NCBI GenBank assembly: GCA_964652955.1
Contig: CAZZCF010000006.1
Location: 10,460 to 74,459 of the forward strand
Source of the DNA: an uncultured Leptospirales bacterium
Lineage (GTDB): Bacteria; Spirochaetota; UBA4802; JAKQUI01
Direction: 5' to 3'
Length of the DNA stretch: 64,000 nucleotides
The notes below the pieces were generated by a model. That model saw only the letters and a program-made list of their open reading frames with translations. It had not been told where the DNA came from and made no database searches. A program made the translations under genes and the position numbers. Positions 1 to 10,067 of the stretch are shown here, in pieces; the first letter of the stretch is position 1, and each line of letters opens with the position of its first letter.

Positions 1-83
1 ACGATGTTCTTGACCTTGACACCGAGATTGATCTGCTCAGGAACATGATAAGGATGGAGGGGCTGGAGGAGAAACAGGAGTAA
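1..83 (+). CDS. 3' end of an upstream gene (partial; C-terminus ...DVLDLDTEIDLLRNMIRMEGLEEKQE*)
   Basis: Open frame runs from the window edge to TAA at 81-83; product cannot be identified. Confidence 0.25.
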   Translation, partial: DVLDLDTEIDLLRNMIRMEGLEEKQE

Positions 84-220
84 GCAATTTCGGGTGAATA
101 TAGAGGTGATGTATCATCGACAGTGAGGATTTCCCGGCCAGGTGCTCATGCCGAGCCCTCGGGTGACGGAGAGTATCATACAGGCAAAATTAGAAGCCAA
201 TAATTTCAGGAGGTGTTGAC

Positions 221-1315
221 ATGACCGATACGGGTGACAGTGACAGTTTGATAAAGCGTGAGGAGCAGATCGATATCTCAAAGTTCTCTGAAGATGAGCG
301 TAAGAAGATTGAGAATATCGCCAGTCAGGTTGATATAGAGGATTCTCAGGGGGTGATTATCTATGGGGTCGGCGCCCAGCGTGAGATATCTCAGTTCGCC
401 GATACGATTCTGAACGAGGTGCGCTCAAAAGACAGCGGCTATGTCGGCGAGGTGCTCACGGAGCTGGTCCTGAATATTAAGGATCTCAAGGTTGACAGCC
501 TCTCCCCCGGGGGAAGCTTTCTTTCGAAGATCCCGATTATCGGGAATCTCGTCGATGCGGCAAAGCGTTTCATTGCACGCTATGAGAAGCTGAGCGTTAA
601 AATTGAGAAGATTGTCGATGAGCTGGACAAAGCGCGCATGACCCTCCTCAAGGATATCGCCCTCCTTGACAACATGTACGACAAGAACCTCGATTATCTG
701 AAGAATCTCAATTATTATATTGCCGCCGGTCAGATCAAGCTGAAGGAGCTGAACGAGCGGCTGCTTCCCGAGCTGAAGGCAAAGGCCGAATCATCGAAGG
801 ATGCAATGGATGCACAGAAGTATCGGGATATTGAGCAGGCGGTCAATCGCTTCGACAAGAAGTTACATGATCTTATGCTGAGCAGGATGATCGCCATTCA
901 GACCGGCCCGCAGGTACGGCTCATTCAGAACAGCGATCAGACGCTCGTGGAAAAGATACAGAGCTCAATCCTGAATACCATCCCGCTGTGGAAAAACCAG
1001 ATTGTCATCGCCATAACCCTCTTCAGACAGCACAAGGCGCTGGAATTGCAGAAAGAGGTTTCAGAGACAACGAATGAGCTGCTCAAGAAAAATATCGAGC
1101 TTCTGAAAGAGGGCTCGGTTGAGGTTGCAAAGGAATCCGAAAGGGGTATTGTCGAGATTGAGACGCTCAAGAAGGTGAACACCGATCTCATCAGCACTAT
1201 CGAGGAGACGATCAAAATTCAGAAAGAGGGGCGAGTGAAGCGCCGACAGGTAGAAGGGGAGCTCGTAAAGATTGAGAAAGAGCTGAAGGATAAGCTGGTT
1301 GCCCTGAAGGAGTAA
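221..1315 (+). CDS. TelA/KlaA-family toxic anion resistance protein
   Basis: 364-aa ORF with good RBS (AGGAGG 8 nt upstream); coiled-coil rich; overall similarity to the TelA family (PF05816) judged from the translation. Confidence 0.7.
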   Translation: MTDTGDSDSLIKREEQIDISKFSEDERKKIENIASQVDIEDSQGVIIYGVGAQREISQFADTILNEVRSKDSGYVGEVLTELVLNIKDLKVDSLSPGGSFLSKIPIIGNLVDAAKRFIARYEKLSVKIEKIVDELDKARMTLLKDIALLDNMYDKNLDYLKNLNYYIAAGQIKLKELNERLLPELKAKAESSKDAMDAQKYRDIEQAVNRFDKKLHDLMLSRMIAIQTGPQVRLIQNSDQTLVEKIQSSILNTIPLWKNQIVIAITLFRQHKALELQKEVSETTNELLKKNIELLKEGSVEVAKESERGIVEIETLKKVNTDLISTIEETIKIQKEGRVKRRQVEGELVKIEKELKDKLVALKE

Positions 1316-1672
1316 TCGCTCCCGAACTTCTTCTCGTCATTGTACCGGAGCATCCGCTGCGAGGGGAGATAGTGGCACATATTCGTTTTCGTCAGTTTGG
1401 GAGAGACATATAGAATTTATTATTCGTGCATGTCTTCAGCGGAAGAAGTTTTCATTTTTTTATTCCTCCTCGGATTGAATCTGCTTCTTATTATTTATTG
1501 AAATTTCATAATTTTCGGACAGATTTTTCACAGACATCCTGTATGTTCCCCCTGCAACCATATCTGGTTGATGATAGGGTTTTTTTTCGCAAAATCCTAT
1601 TCACCGTATGATGCATTAACTGAATTATCTCCTGGCTGTCCTTTTCTCAGAAAGCCGAGAGGAGTTTTCACA

Positions 1673-3463
1673 ATGCTTTCACCCTACTGGCGCGACATTG
1701 TTGATATTGTTGATTATGCTTTCCAGCCGATAATAAATACATTTACCGGTGTTACGTATGCTGTAGAGGCCCTCCTTCGTGGCGTCGAAGAGGTTGGCTT
1801 CTCATCCATAGGTGATTTTTTCGATGAGGCTTACAAGGAGGGGATTCTCTTCCCGCTCGATATTGAACTCAGACGAAAGGCTATATACAAATTTGTCTTC
1901 ATTAAATCTTATAAAAAACTCAAGCTCTTTTACAACTATGATCCCCGTATACAACTGATGCACGATTATCAATCAGGTTTGTCGGATCAGATTCTGAACG
2001 GGGTAGGTCTCGTCAATAGTGATCTCTGTTTTGAGTTGAGCGAACGGCATCGCTTTGATCATACAAATGGAATCAGATATTTCCTTGAGAATGCAAAGAT
2101 GCGCGGCTTTAATATCGCACTTGATGATTTCGGTGTCGGATTTTCAAGTCTCGAGCTCCTCTATCACTCTGAGCCCGATTATTTGAAGTTTGACCGATTT
2201 CTCATATCGTGTATTAATAGCGATATAAAAAAGAAATCCTTCTGCTCGCACCTCATAAGCATGGCGAAAGTATTCGGTGTTATTGTTATCGCTGAGGGTG
2301 TTGAGAAAGAGAGAGAATTCAATACCTGCCGGGAGATCGGATTCGATCTCATTCAGGGATACTATATTCAGCGACCCACCGTGGCTGTCGATGAGATACA
2401 GCCGATCAGTGATCACATCGTCAGTTTGAACAGCACAAACAAGCGGATGGAGAACACCGATGCCGAACTGATTGTCCGGGAGATTGCCTCCCTGGAAACG
2501 GTCAGGGTTGAGGATAGCATGAGCACCCTTTTTGAGAAATTCCATCATAATTCACTTACCAGCTTTTTCCCGGTCCTCGATTCGAGCGGATTCCCTCTCG
2601 GTATCATTCACGAGAGAAATATCAAGAAATACATCTACTCCCCGTATGGATACGATCTCTTCCGGAACAAGTCTGTTGCCACCTCGCTCAAGAAGTTTCT
2701 CATCAAGTGCCCCGTTGTTGATGTCAATACCTCTCAGGAAAAGATTTTGGAGATATTTGTCAGCAATCCTGACTCTGACGGAGTGATAATCACCCGGAAT
2801 ATGCAGTATTTCGGATTTCTGAACTCACGATCGCTCCTGAATATCATCAATGAGAAGAATCTCGCTTTTGCGCGTGAGGCGAATCCGCTGACGAAGCTCC
2901 CGGGCAATACGCTCATTATGCAATACATACAAGATACCATGATGCTGACAGAGGGGGTGCGATATCTTGTCTATATTGATTTTGATAATTTCAAACCGTT
3001 TAACGATCGGTTCGGTTTTCGACAGGGTGATCGGGTCATCATTCTCTTTGCGGAGATTCTCAGAAAGGAGTTTGACAGCAGAAGTTCTTTTATCGGTCAT
3101 GTCGGTGGCGATGACTTCTTTGTCGGGATTGAGAAGCCGAATGCCTGTCGTGCGGAGATAATCGCGTGGATCAAACGGATCATTGAGAAATTCACCGATA
3201 GCGTTGCCTCATTCTATGATACTGAAGAGTTCTCAAAGGGATTTTATACTTCAACCGATCGGAAGGGGAAAACAATGAGGCTTCCCCTCCTCTCGGCAAG
3301 TGCAGCTATTATGCAGATAACGCCGAATGATTTCATGAAATCGGGATATTCGCAGGACGACATTGTATCAAAGCTAACCCTTCTGAAGAATGCCTCTAAG
3401 AAATCTGAAGAGAAAATCATTTTTTGCCATCTCTCAAATACAGAGAGCACTTTCGTTAATTAA
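1673..3463 (+). CDS. c-di-GMP signalling protein: N-terminal EAL phosphodiesterase domain, CBS pair, C-terminal degenerate GGDEF (GGDDF) domain
   Basis: EAL signature (YAVEALLRG ... EGVEKE ... QGYYIQRP); CBS-like middle region; GGDEF domain with GGDDF at the active site; ATG 1673 preceded by GAGAGGAG. Confidence 0.8.
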   Translation: MLSPYWRDIVDIVDYAFQPIINTFTGVTYAVEALLRGVEEVGFSSIGDFFDEAYKEGILFPLDIELRRKAIYKFVFIKSYKKLKLFYNYDPRIQLMHDYQSGLSDQILNGVGLVNSDLCFELSERHRFDHTNGIRYFLENAKMRGFNIALDDFGVGFSSLELLYHSEPDYLKFDRFLISCINSDIKKKSFCSHLISMAKVFGVIVIAEGVEKEREFNTCREIGFDLIQGYYIQRPTVAVDEIQPISDHIVSLNSTNKRMENTDAELIVREIASLETVRVEDSMSTLFEKFHHNSLTSFFPVLDSSGFPLGIIHERNIKKYIYSPYGYDLFRNKSVATSLKKFLIKCPVVDVNTSQEKILEIFVSNPDSDGVIITRNMQYFGFLNSRSLLNIINEKNLAFAREANPLTKLPGNTLIMQYIQDTMMLTEGVRYLVYIDFDNFKPFNDRFGFRQGDRVIILFAEILRKEFDSRSSFIGHVGGDDFFVGIEKPNACRAEIIAWIKRIIEKFTDSVASFYDTEEFSKGFYTSTDRKGKTMRLPLLSASAAIMQITPNDFMKSGYSQDDIVSKLTLLKNASKKSEEKIIFCHLSNTESTFVN

Positions 3464-3565
3464 TCCACGCACCGCAATATAAAGAAAAGTGGTTTCTCCC
3501 TTTTTTTATTGCAAAAAGAGAAGTCTCCTGCATATCTATATTAATAGATCTTCTTTGAATGAACC

Positions 3566-4033
3566 GTGAGTATAATGAATGGTATGAAAGGCGTCATAAT
3601 CTTTTTCCTCATCTTTATTAGCTTTCCGCTCTCTGCAAAAATCTCGGAGCGTGAGCTGAGGAATCACAGCTCGCTCTTTCTCTCGCGGGTGATTGAGGAT
3701 AATCGGGAATATGAGCGAAACATCATCGAATGCCTGAGCGGCGTGGTCAAGAACGGTGGTGCCGGTATTCGGCTCATGGATAAGTTTGGGTTATTTCTCT
3801 ATGAGAGCAGAAAGCGGGGCATCGCCATAACGAAAGCGAGGTTCTTTTATCACGAGAATCGGTTTTCCCTCTTCATCATATTCGAAGACGACTACGACGG
3901 CCAGCTGTATACCCTCTATCTCGAGTATGAATATAACAGGCAGAAGCGAACCTGCTCCCTGAAAGATGTATACTTTTCACTGGTGTTCGATGAGGAGATG
4001 AAGAGGATTGAGAGATTTTTCAAACGTCGATGA
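3566..4033 (+). CDS. hypothetical secreted protein (N-terminal signal-like hydrophobic segment)
   Basis: 155-aa ORF with hydrophobic N-terminus VIIFFLIFISFPLSA; no recognisable domain. Confidence 0.4.
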   Translation: MSIMNGMKGVIIFFLIFISFPLSAKISERELRNHSSLFLSRVIEDNREYERNIIECLSGVVKNGGAGIRLMDKFGLFLYESRKRGIAITKARFFYHENRFSLFIIFEDDYDGQLYTLYLEYEYNRQKRTCSLKDVYFSLVFDEEMKRIERFFKRR

Positions 4034-5139
4034 GGTCTTCTCTGATGCGAGTTCGGGTTACCGGTATTGACGCGCTGCGGGGAGTGGCGGTCCTTCTCAT
4101 GGTGGAACAGCATCTCGGATACTGGTTGTGGAAACCGCTTCCGGGGATAATTGACTTTTACGATTATCCCTTTCTCCTGAGCTTCAATGCGCTCGGCGGT
4201 TTTGCTGCACCGATATTCGTTACCCTGGCGGGGCTGGGGATAGTTTTTTTTGAGGAGCGGCATGAGCGGGTTGACGGCATACTCATATGCCGGGGATGTA
4301 TTATACTGCTTATGGGATATCTGCTCAATCTCATTACGCCGAGCTGGTTTTCATGCGGTTCCTGGTATGTATTGCATATGATAGGTTTTGCGATGATTAT
4401 TGCACCGCTGTTCAGAAGGCTCAGTGTGCCGGCGCTCATCACCATCGGCATCGTCGTTCTCATCGCGACGGTTTTCATACAGAACGCTCTTGACACGCCC
4501 CCCTTTCTGAGCACCGAGCGGATGCGGCGGCTCGATATTCCCGGCGGATTCCTCCGTCTCGCTCTCGCCGAAGGGCAATTCCCCGTGTTTCCCTGGCTGT
4601 ACTTTTTTCTGATCGGCATGATTGCCGGCAGATGGCTTCGTGATGATAGAGTTTCCCCCATACTCTCAATGGCAATCATAACCATAACGGCTGGTGTGCT
4701 TCTCCCCATACCGCATATTCTGGGTATCGAATTCGCCGTGCGGGGTCCCTTCCATCGCTTCTTTCAGATAGCGCTCGGTTTCTACCCGGCACATCCGCCC
4801 ATCGTGCTTCTGTTGAGTGCACTGGTTTTATTGTGTGTTGCCCTTTTGCGGGTTGGATTTCAGCAAACATTCGGTTCCCGAAATGTGCTCGTCTGCCTCG
4901 GCAGGACATCGCTAACGATGTTTTTTGTGCATGTTTTCGTGTTTCGCGAGCTCAGTCATCATCTTCACTTCTGGCAGGTATTCTCAACGGGAGAAACGCT
5001 TCTCCTTATTTCTGGAGTCTGGTCCCTCATCGCGCTGGCATCATTCTGGTGGCAGAAGAGCGGATATCGCTTCGGTGCGGAGTGGTTACTGAGAAGAGTA
5101 TCGGAAGTGCGCTTTATTCAGGGTGGTTCAGAACGATGA
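4030..5139 (+). CDS. polytopic membrane protein, acyltransferase-3 / DUF1624-like
   Basis: 369 aa with about 10 hydrophobic segments; N-terminal R-x-x-G-I-D-A-L-R-G-x-A-V-L-L-M motif typical of Acyl_transf_3/HGSNAT-like families; 4-bp overlap with the upstream ORF. Confidence 0.5.
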   Translation: MRSSLMRVRVTGIDALRGVAVLLMVEQHLGYWLWKPLPGIIDFYDYPFLLSFNALGGFAAPIFVTLAGLGIVFFEERHERVDGILICRGCIILLMGYLLNLITPSWFSCGSWYVLHMIGFAMIIAPLFRRLSVPALITIGIVVLIATVFIQNALDTPPFLSTERMRRLDIPGGFLRLALAEGQFPVFPWLYFFLIGMIAGRWLRDDRVSPILSMAIITITAGVLLPIPHILGIEFAVRGPFHRFFQIALGFYPAHPPIVLLLSALVLLCVALLRVGFQQTFGSRNVLVCLGRTSLTMFFVHVFVFRELSHHLHFWQVFSTGETLLLISGVWSLIALASFWWQKSGYRFGAEWLLRRVSEVRFIQGGSER

Positions 5140-5360
5140 AGGCAATCCGATCACTTCTACTCTTTCTCATCGGTACGGCCATTGTTTCAACGGCGCTGCT
5201 GGGCTATAAATACGCTGGAGGTACTCTCTTCCCGCACTGGGATGTGATTCAACTCTGCAGGTTGACACTCTTTCTTTCCCTCTCGGCGGTTGCTGTTGCC
5301 CTGCTTTCGAAAGGGCTCCGATATGTTCAGAAAAGGAGAGCGAAGAGAAATCTGAAATAG
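5136..5360 (+). CDS. small membrane protein (74 aa, two TM segments)
   Basis: ATG at 5136 overlaps the upstream stop (ATGA coupling); two hydrophobic helices. Confidence 0.35.
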   Translation: MKAIRSLLLFLIGTAIVSTALLGYKYAGGTLFPHWDVIQLCRLTLFLSLSAVAVALLSKGLRYVQKRRAKRNLK

Positions 5361-5375
5361 CTTGTCGGTGATATA

Positions 5376-5933
5376 TTATGATATAGTATCTGCCAGCTCC
5401 TGTTGTACCTCTGCTTCCACGTCATATGGCTCGCCCTCGAAGATGAATCTCCTCTGATGCCGGAAGGCCATATCCTCGAGAAAGCTGATACGATAACCGC
5501 GTTCGATAAGCTCGATACCGTAGGTAATGATGAATTTCTCAATCCCCAGACATTTCCACTGGATGACGTGTATGAGCTCGTGAAAGTGCAGGGATTCGTC
5601 GAAGGCGTATTCCTGCCGGATGAAATAGGTATTCTTGTATGTGATACCGGCGAGATTCCCTTTGAAGAGATCGATCAGTTCGTTCAGTTCGGGGGCGATG
5701 GGGGGTATCGGAGGAGTCGTATCGAGCACCACAACACTGGAGTTAGTGAGGAGCTCTTTTGAGAAATACCCCGGCAATCTGGGAAAGTTGAAGTCGATTA
5801 CCTGTTTGGCCTGATGAGCATGCTGTTCGAGTGTTCTGTCAATCCAGGTAATAATGATCGGGAGGTATTGTTCTATTCTCTTTATATCCTTCATTTCTAC
5901 CCGAATTATACCCCCTCTTTCGATTCTTGTCAA
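5376..5933 (-). CDS. hypothetical protein with an HExxH motif (HELIHVIQW); possible metallopeptidase-like fold
   Basis: 185-aa ORF convergent with the upstream genes; the motif alone gives no family assignment. Confidence 0.4.
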   Translation of the reverse strand: MTRIERGGIIRVEMKDIKRIEQYLPIIITWIDRTLEQHAHQAKQVIDFNFPRLPGYFSKELLTNSSVVVLDTTPPIPPIAPELNELIDLFKGNLAGITYKNTYFIRQEYAFDESLHFHELIHVIQWKCLGIEKFIITYGIELIERGYRISFLEDMAFRHQRRFIFEGEPYDVEAEVQQELADTIS

Positions 5934-6083
5934 CAGGGAATATAACTGAAAAATGCAAAGAAGGGCGATAAGAGCGCCCGGACTTCTTGCTGTCTCGTCT
6001 CCCGTGTGCTCGGTGAGGCGTGCGAGGGCTTCATCGGAAGTAAGATGCAGAATTTTTCGGGAGATAGGTAAAAACTCCTGTTT

Positions 6084-6818
6084 TTACTTCTTTCCGACCG
6101 TTGCGAGATACAGGGTAAACTGTTCCTCGCCGTCGAGGGTGAGAATACGGTTGAGCTCATCGTCCATGAAAGCAGCAATGGCGCAGACACCGGCGTTTAT
6201 CATCTCGGCAGCGAGATAGAGATTCTGACACACGTGGCCGCAATCGAGAAAGAGATAGCGGAAGCCCCGCTGGCTGTATCGCCATGTCATGCGATAGCTT
6301 ACCGCTGTCCAGAGAAATGTTACGGCACTTCGCAGGACCATATCCTGTCCGAGGCATCCTTCAGTTATCTGAGAGGCAATCCGGTTATCGCGTCGTATCT
6401 CGAGAAGTTTGTGATCGAGGGGGAGATAGCGGTAGAGTCCTTCGGGAAGGTCCTGAATTCTGTTCACCAGCAGGTAGGTTTCGAGAGCATGTCTGGCGCC
6501 CGCAGAGGGTACCGTCCTCAGTGTCGTCAGAGCGGGAATGATTTCCTTAACCCCCTGGGTGCACCAGAGAAGAAGTGAGAGCTCCTCCAGGCTGAGCGGG
6601 GTCGTCGAATAGCTTCGAACGCTCCTTCGGTTTTCAATGGCCTTTCGCAGAGACATATCGGGAATATCAAGACGATCCGGTTCAGGGAGATCGATGACCG
6701 TCCCCTTGTCGGAAGGGAGTACAGGGGGTGGTTGTGCAACTCCCTTCATTTGATCCGATCGCTCGAGATACTGAAATTTTGTTCTCTGAATAAAATCAAA
6801 GCCTATTCCTTTTCCCAT
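6084..6818 (-). CDS. SagB/ThcOx-type dehydrogenase (nitroreductase superfamily)
   Basis: Nitroreductase-like motifs (RRSVRSY ... PSAGARHALETYLLV) characteristic of SagB-type dehydrogenase domain proteins. Confidence 0.65.
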   Translation of the reverse strand: MGKGIGFDFIQRTKFQYLERSDQMKGVAQPPPVLPSDKGTVIDLPEPDRLDIPDMSLRKAIENRRSVRSYSTTPLSLEELSLLLWCTQGVKEIIPALTTLRTVPSAGARHALETYLLVNRIQDLPEGLYRYLPLDHKLLEIRRDNRIASQITEGCLGQDMVLRSAVTFLWTAVSYRMTWRYSQRGFRYLFLDCGHVCQNLYLAAEMINAGVCAIAAFMDDELNRILTLDGEEQFTLYLATVGKK

Positions 6819-6833
6819 GGCACTTCACCCGCT

Positions 6834-8912
6834 TTATTGTGGAACGAAGTCTATGTTCATCATCTCAAGATCAACGGAAACAAGCCGAACGCGGATCCGA
6901 TCGCCGAGACGGTATCGCCTCCCGCGATTTTTCCCGACTATTGCAAATTCCTCTTCCTGAATAAAATAGTAATCGTCAGAAAGCAGTCTCAGGGGAACCA
7001 TTCCCTCGATAGGTTTGTCGATGAGCGTCACAAAGAATCCAGCGGAGGAGAGACCGCTCACGATTACGTCGAAGAGCTCATCGACCCGGTGGAGCATTAT
7101 TCTGCACGACTTGAGTTTTATCAGATCGCGCTCCGCCCGCTGGGCAATTCGCTCCATTTCCGATGAACTCGTGCCGATATCACTTAGATTTTCTGCAGTA
7201 TAGGGTGGAGCGGCATTATCGATGAGGCTCTTCAGGCATCGGTGCACGATGAGATCCGGATATCTCCGGATAGGCGACGTAAAGTGGGTATAGTCACTGA
7301 AACCGAGTCCGAAGTGCCCCAGCGGCTTCTCGCCGTAGTATGCCTGCATCATCGATTTCAGGATGATGAAGTTCGTTACCTGTTCGTACTCTTTCTCCGC
7401 AACACTCTCGATTACTCTCTGAAGTGCGAGGCCGGTTTTCACTCCCTTCGGAAAACGTATTCCCAGGGACCAGAGGAATTTCTTCAGCGCAAGTAGTTTT
7501 TCATCGCTCATATCCTCGTGAATCCGATAGAGCGTCGGGATTCCCTTCTCTTTTAAGAGTCTGGAGACGGTCTCGTTTGCGCTGAGCATGAACTCTTCGA
7601 TGATGGTGTGGCTTTTATACCGCGGCAGTAACCGCATATCGATCTCATTTCCGGAGTTGATAATTTCCACCTCCGGGAGGTTGAGCTCGATACGTCCCTG
7701 CGACAACCGATTCTCTTTGAGGATGAGTGCGAGCTCGTGCATTCTGCGGAGAAGTACGCTGAGCTCATCCGTACCGGTATCGATTATCTCATGCGCGTGC
7801 CGATACGTGAGCCTTCGGTCAACGGTGATGACTCCCCGCGAGTATCCGAAATCGAGAAGCGTTCCCGTTGTGTCGAAGGTCATTGCAACGGTAACGGTGA
7901 ACCGATCCTCTCCTTTCTGCAGAGAGCAGAGTTTATTCGAGAGGATCTCCGGGAGCATGGGGATGACCCTTTCCCCGAGATAGAAACTTGTCCCCCGCTT
8001 CTGTGCTTCCCGGTCAAGGGGGCTGTCCTTTTTGACGAAGTGTGACACATCAGCTATGTGGACATACAGATGGAATCTGTCAGGGGCGCTTTCCAGCGAG
8101 AGGGCATCGTCGAAGTCCTTCGCGTCTTCACCGTCGATAGTGATGGTGTAAAGGGATCGGTAATCCCTTCTCTTCTCCGTGCCGGAAGCCTTCCACCGCC
8201 CGGTGATGCCTTTCAGCTCCTTATACTGCTGATGGCGTCCGGGGATGGCGTGCTTGATGGCAATGCGCTCACTGTCATAGGTATCATCACTGATGGAAAA
8301 GGTTTTCGCAATAGTGCATTCCTGTTGGTGTTGAAGAAAACCGCCGGTGAGGGTAATGAGAGCGAGCTGTCCGGGCGCGATTTCCCTTTTGCGGTGTGTG
8401 TCCCGTCGGGAGCAGACCTCAATTGTGCCAGGCGTATCGATTATTCTCAAAAAGATTCGATCTTCGCTCAACCGCTCAATCCGGGCAACGTATCGCTCCT
8501 TGCGTCTGGTAATGATACTGGTAACGCGCCCGTAAAAAGAGCCGCTCCTGAAATCGATAAGTTCGGCCTGAACGTGGTCGCCGTCATGAGCGATCTGAAT
8601 GTTCTCTTCCGGTATAATGACCGCAGGAGCATCGGGTATTTCCAGAATCCCATTCCCTCTCCTGTTGATGCGGATGATGCCCTCCAGAGTGAAGGCGGGA
8701 TTTTTGGCGTAGCGCTTCTTATCTTTCCGTATAAGACCGATTGCGTGGAGTGCCGGGAGAATGGCTCCGATCCGCTGCGCTTCTCTTTTTTGTGTTTCCT
8801 TCTTTTTCTGTTTTCCCCGCTTCGGTGTGAGCGCATCAGCAATAGTGTAAGAAGAAAAGGGTTTAGACGTCTGTTTTATGTAAGAGATAATTCTCTTTGA
8901 CGATATGGACAT
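6834..8912 (-). CDS. rnr: ribonuclease R (VacB/RNase II family 3'-5' exoribonuclease)
   Basis: 692 aa; RNB catalytic domain motifs (DDALS ... FTSPIRRYPDLIVHR) and C-terminal S1 domain; lysine-rich N-terminus. Confidence 0.85.
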   Translation of the reverse strand: MSISSKRIISYIKQTSKPFSSYTIADALTPKRGKQKKKETQKREAQRIGAILPALHAIGLIRKDKKRYAKNPAFTLEGIIRINRRGNGILEIPDAPAVIIPEENIQIAHDGDHVQAELIDFRSGSFYGRVTSIITRRKERYVARIERLSEDRIFLRIIDTPGTIEVCSRRDTHRKREIAPGQLALITLTGGFLQHQQECTIAKTFSISDDTYDSERIAIKHAIPGRHQQYKELKGITGRWKASGTEKRRDYRSLYTITIDGEDAKDFDDALSLESAPDRFHLYVHIADVSHFVKKDSPLDREAQKRGTSFYLGERVIPMLPEILSNKLCSLQKGEDRFTVTVAMTFDTTGTLLDFGYSRGVITVDRRLTYRHAHEIIDTGTDELSVLLRRMHELALILKENRLSQGRIELNLPEVEIINSGNEIDMRLLPRYKSHTIIEEFMLSANETVSRLLKEKGIPTLYRIHEDMSDEKLLALKKFLWSLGIRFPKGVKTGLALQRVIESVAEKEYEQVTNFIILKSMMQAYYGEKPLGHFGLGFSDYTHFTSPIRRYPDLIVHRCLKSLIDNAAPPYTAENLSDIGTSSSEMERIAQRAERDLIKLKSCRIMLHRVDELFDVIVSGLSSAGFFVTLIDKPIEGMVPLRLLSDDYYFIQEEEFAIVGKNRGRRYRLGDRIRVRLVSVDLEMMNIDFVPQ

Positions 8913-8943
8913 TTAATATATTTTTTTCGAGCAAATGCTGCTA

Positions 8944-9324
8944 TCAGCTTTTGGTATCGGTCTCGGAATCGGTTTTTGTATCGGTTTTGGATTCGGTCTT
9001 TGATTCCGTTTGAACATTACCGGATGGTTGCGCTTTCCTGATGGCGGCAATTTCCTCCCGTTTCACATCGATATTTTTTTTGATCTCTTCAATACTCGCT
9101 GATTTTTCGCTCAGGAACTGATCGCTCACATTGAGGGTGTTCTCTCCCTGATCGATCTTTTTCTTCACGTACTCGCCAATCTCCATATATACCTTCTCGA
9201 TACTGCTTTCAAATCGCTTAATATCCATACTGAGCTTGGCTATCTTGGCATATTCTTCAGTTTTATTGACGAGCTTCTCACTGTATTTGAAGAGTGATTC
9301 ACCGGCATCTTTAAAAAATCCCAT
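8944..9324 (-). CDS. hypothetical coiled-coil protein with a low-complexity C-terminal tail (TESKTESKTDTKTDSETDTKS)
   Basis: 126-aa ORF; tail encoded by a 12-bp periodic DNA repeat at 8944-9010. Confidence 0.4.
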   Translation of the reverse strand: MGFFKDAGESLFKYSEKLVNKTEEYAKIAKLSMDIKRFESSIEKVYMEIGEYVKKKIDQGENTLNVSDQFLSEKSASIEEIKKNIDVKREEIAAIRKAQPSGNVQTESKTESKTDTKTDSETDTKS

Positions 9325-10067
9325 ATTTGTTCCTCCTTATTTTAAGTGATGGATTTCTGTTGCATTGCATGATCTATGTACAATAGCACGCAAATCCCCC
9401 GTGTTGCACCTTCCCATCAGAGTAATGATCTCTTTCTCCCGGGTCACCTCTCGTGTTCTCTCTATCACTGTCCCTCAATACGGAGTGATATACTATAATG
9501 CAATTACAATTTTGAACAATCACGGTTACTACCAATATAGCAGCTATTGATTGTTATGGGAATAATTATTTGCTCTTTTTCAAATTATTTATCACCGGTT
9601 GCGGAATATTCCGTTCCGACGGGAAGGTCAATGAAAGCCGTTAGCGGCATCTGTTTCGGAAGTGAGCCGTGATCACATATCGTGCAATGCATCGGCGAGA
9701 TTATCTGGATGAAACTGATGGAGGCATCTTTCCTTCGCGGCCGGGTATGAGGTGACGATGACCTGCACTCAAAATCCGGTTTTTTTACGGTAAGCGGTGT
9801 GCCTGACGGCGGAGAGAACAGACGATGCTCAAAATATATGATGCCGGACCCGCTGAGAGGCGCTCACCGCACTTTTTATGCTGAGCGTGCTGTTACGAAG
9901 CGTTTTTTGATCTCCCGATGAAATAATTTGAAATTCTTGTTTACGCCGTTTATAATTAATATTATATTTTTAATAATATTTGGCGAGTTGAGAATAGAAA
10001 AATGGACATATAATTATATATTTATATATTTAACAGTTTTTATATAAAATTTTAGCTATTCGGAGTT

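Noticed and set aside
6084-6818. SagB-type dehydrogenase as a marker of a thiazole/oxazole (TOMM) RiPP cluster
   Set aside because: No YcaO cyclodehydratase, docking protein or precursor peptide is nearby, so this is a stand-alone nitroreductase-family gene.
8944-9010. 12-bp periodic repeat (ATCGGTnTnGGA-like) at the 3' end of ORF 8944-9324
   Set aside because: It simply encodes the low-complexity TE[SD]KTD tail of a hypothetical protein. No independent feature is supported.
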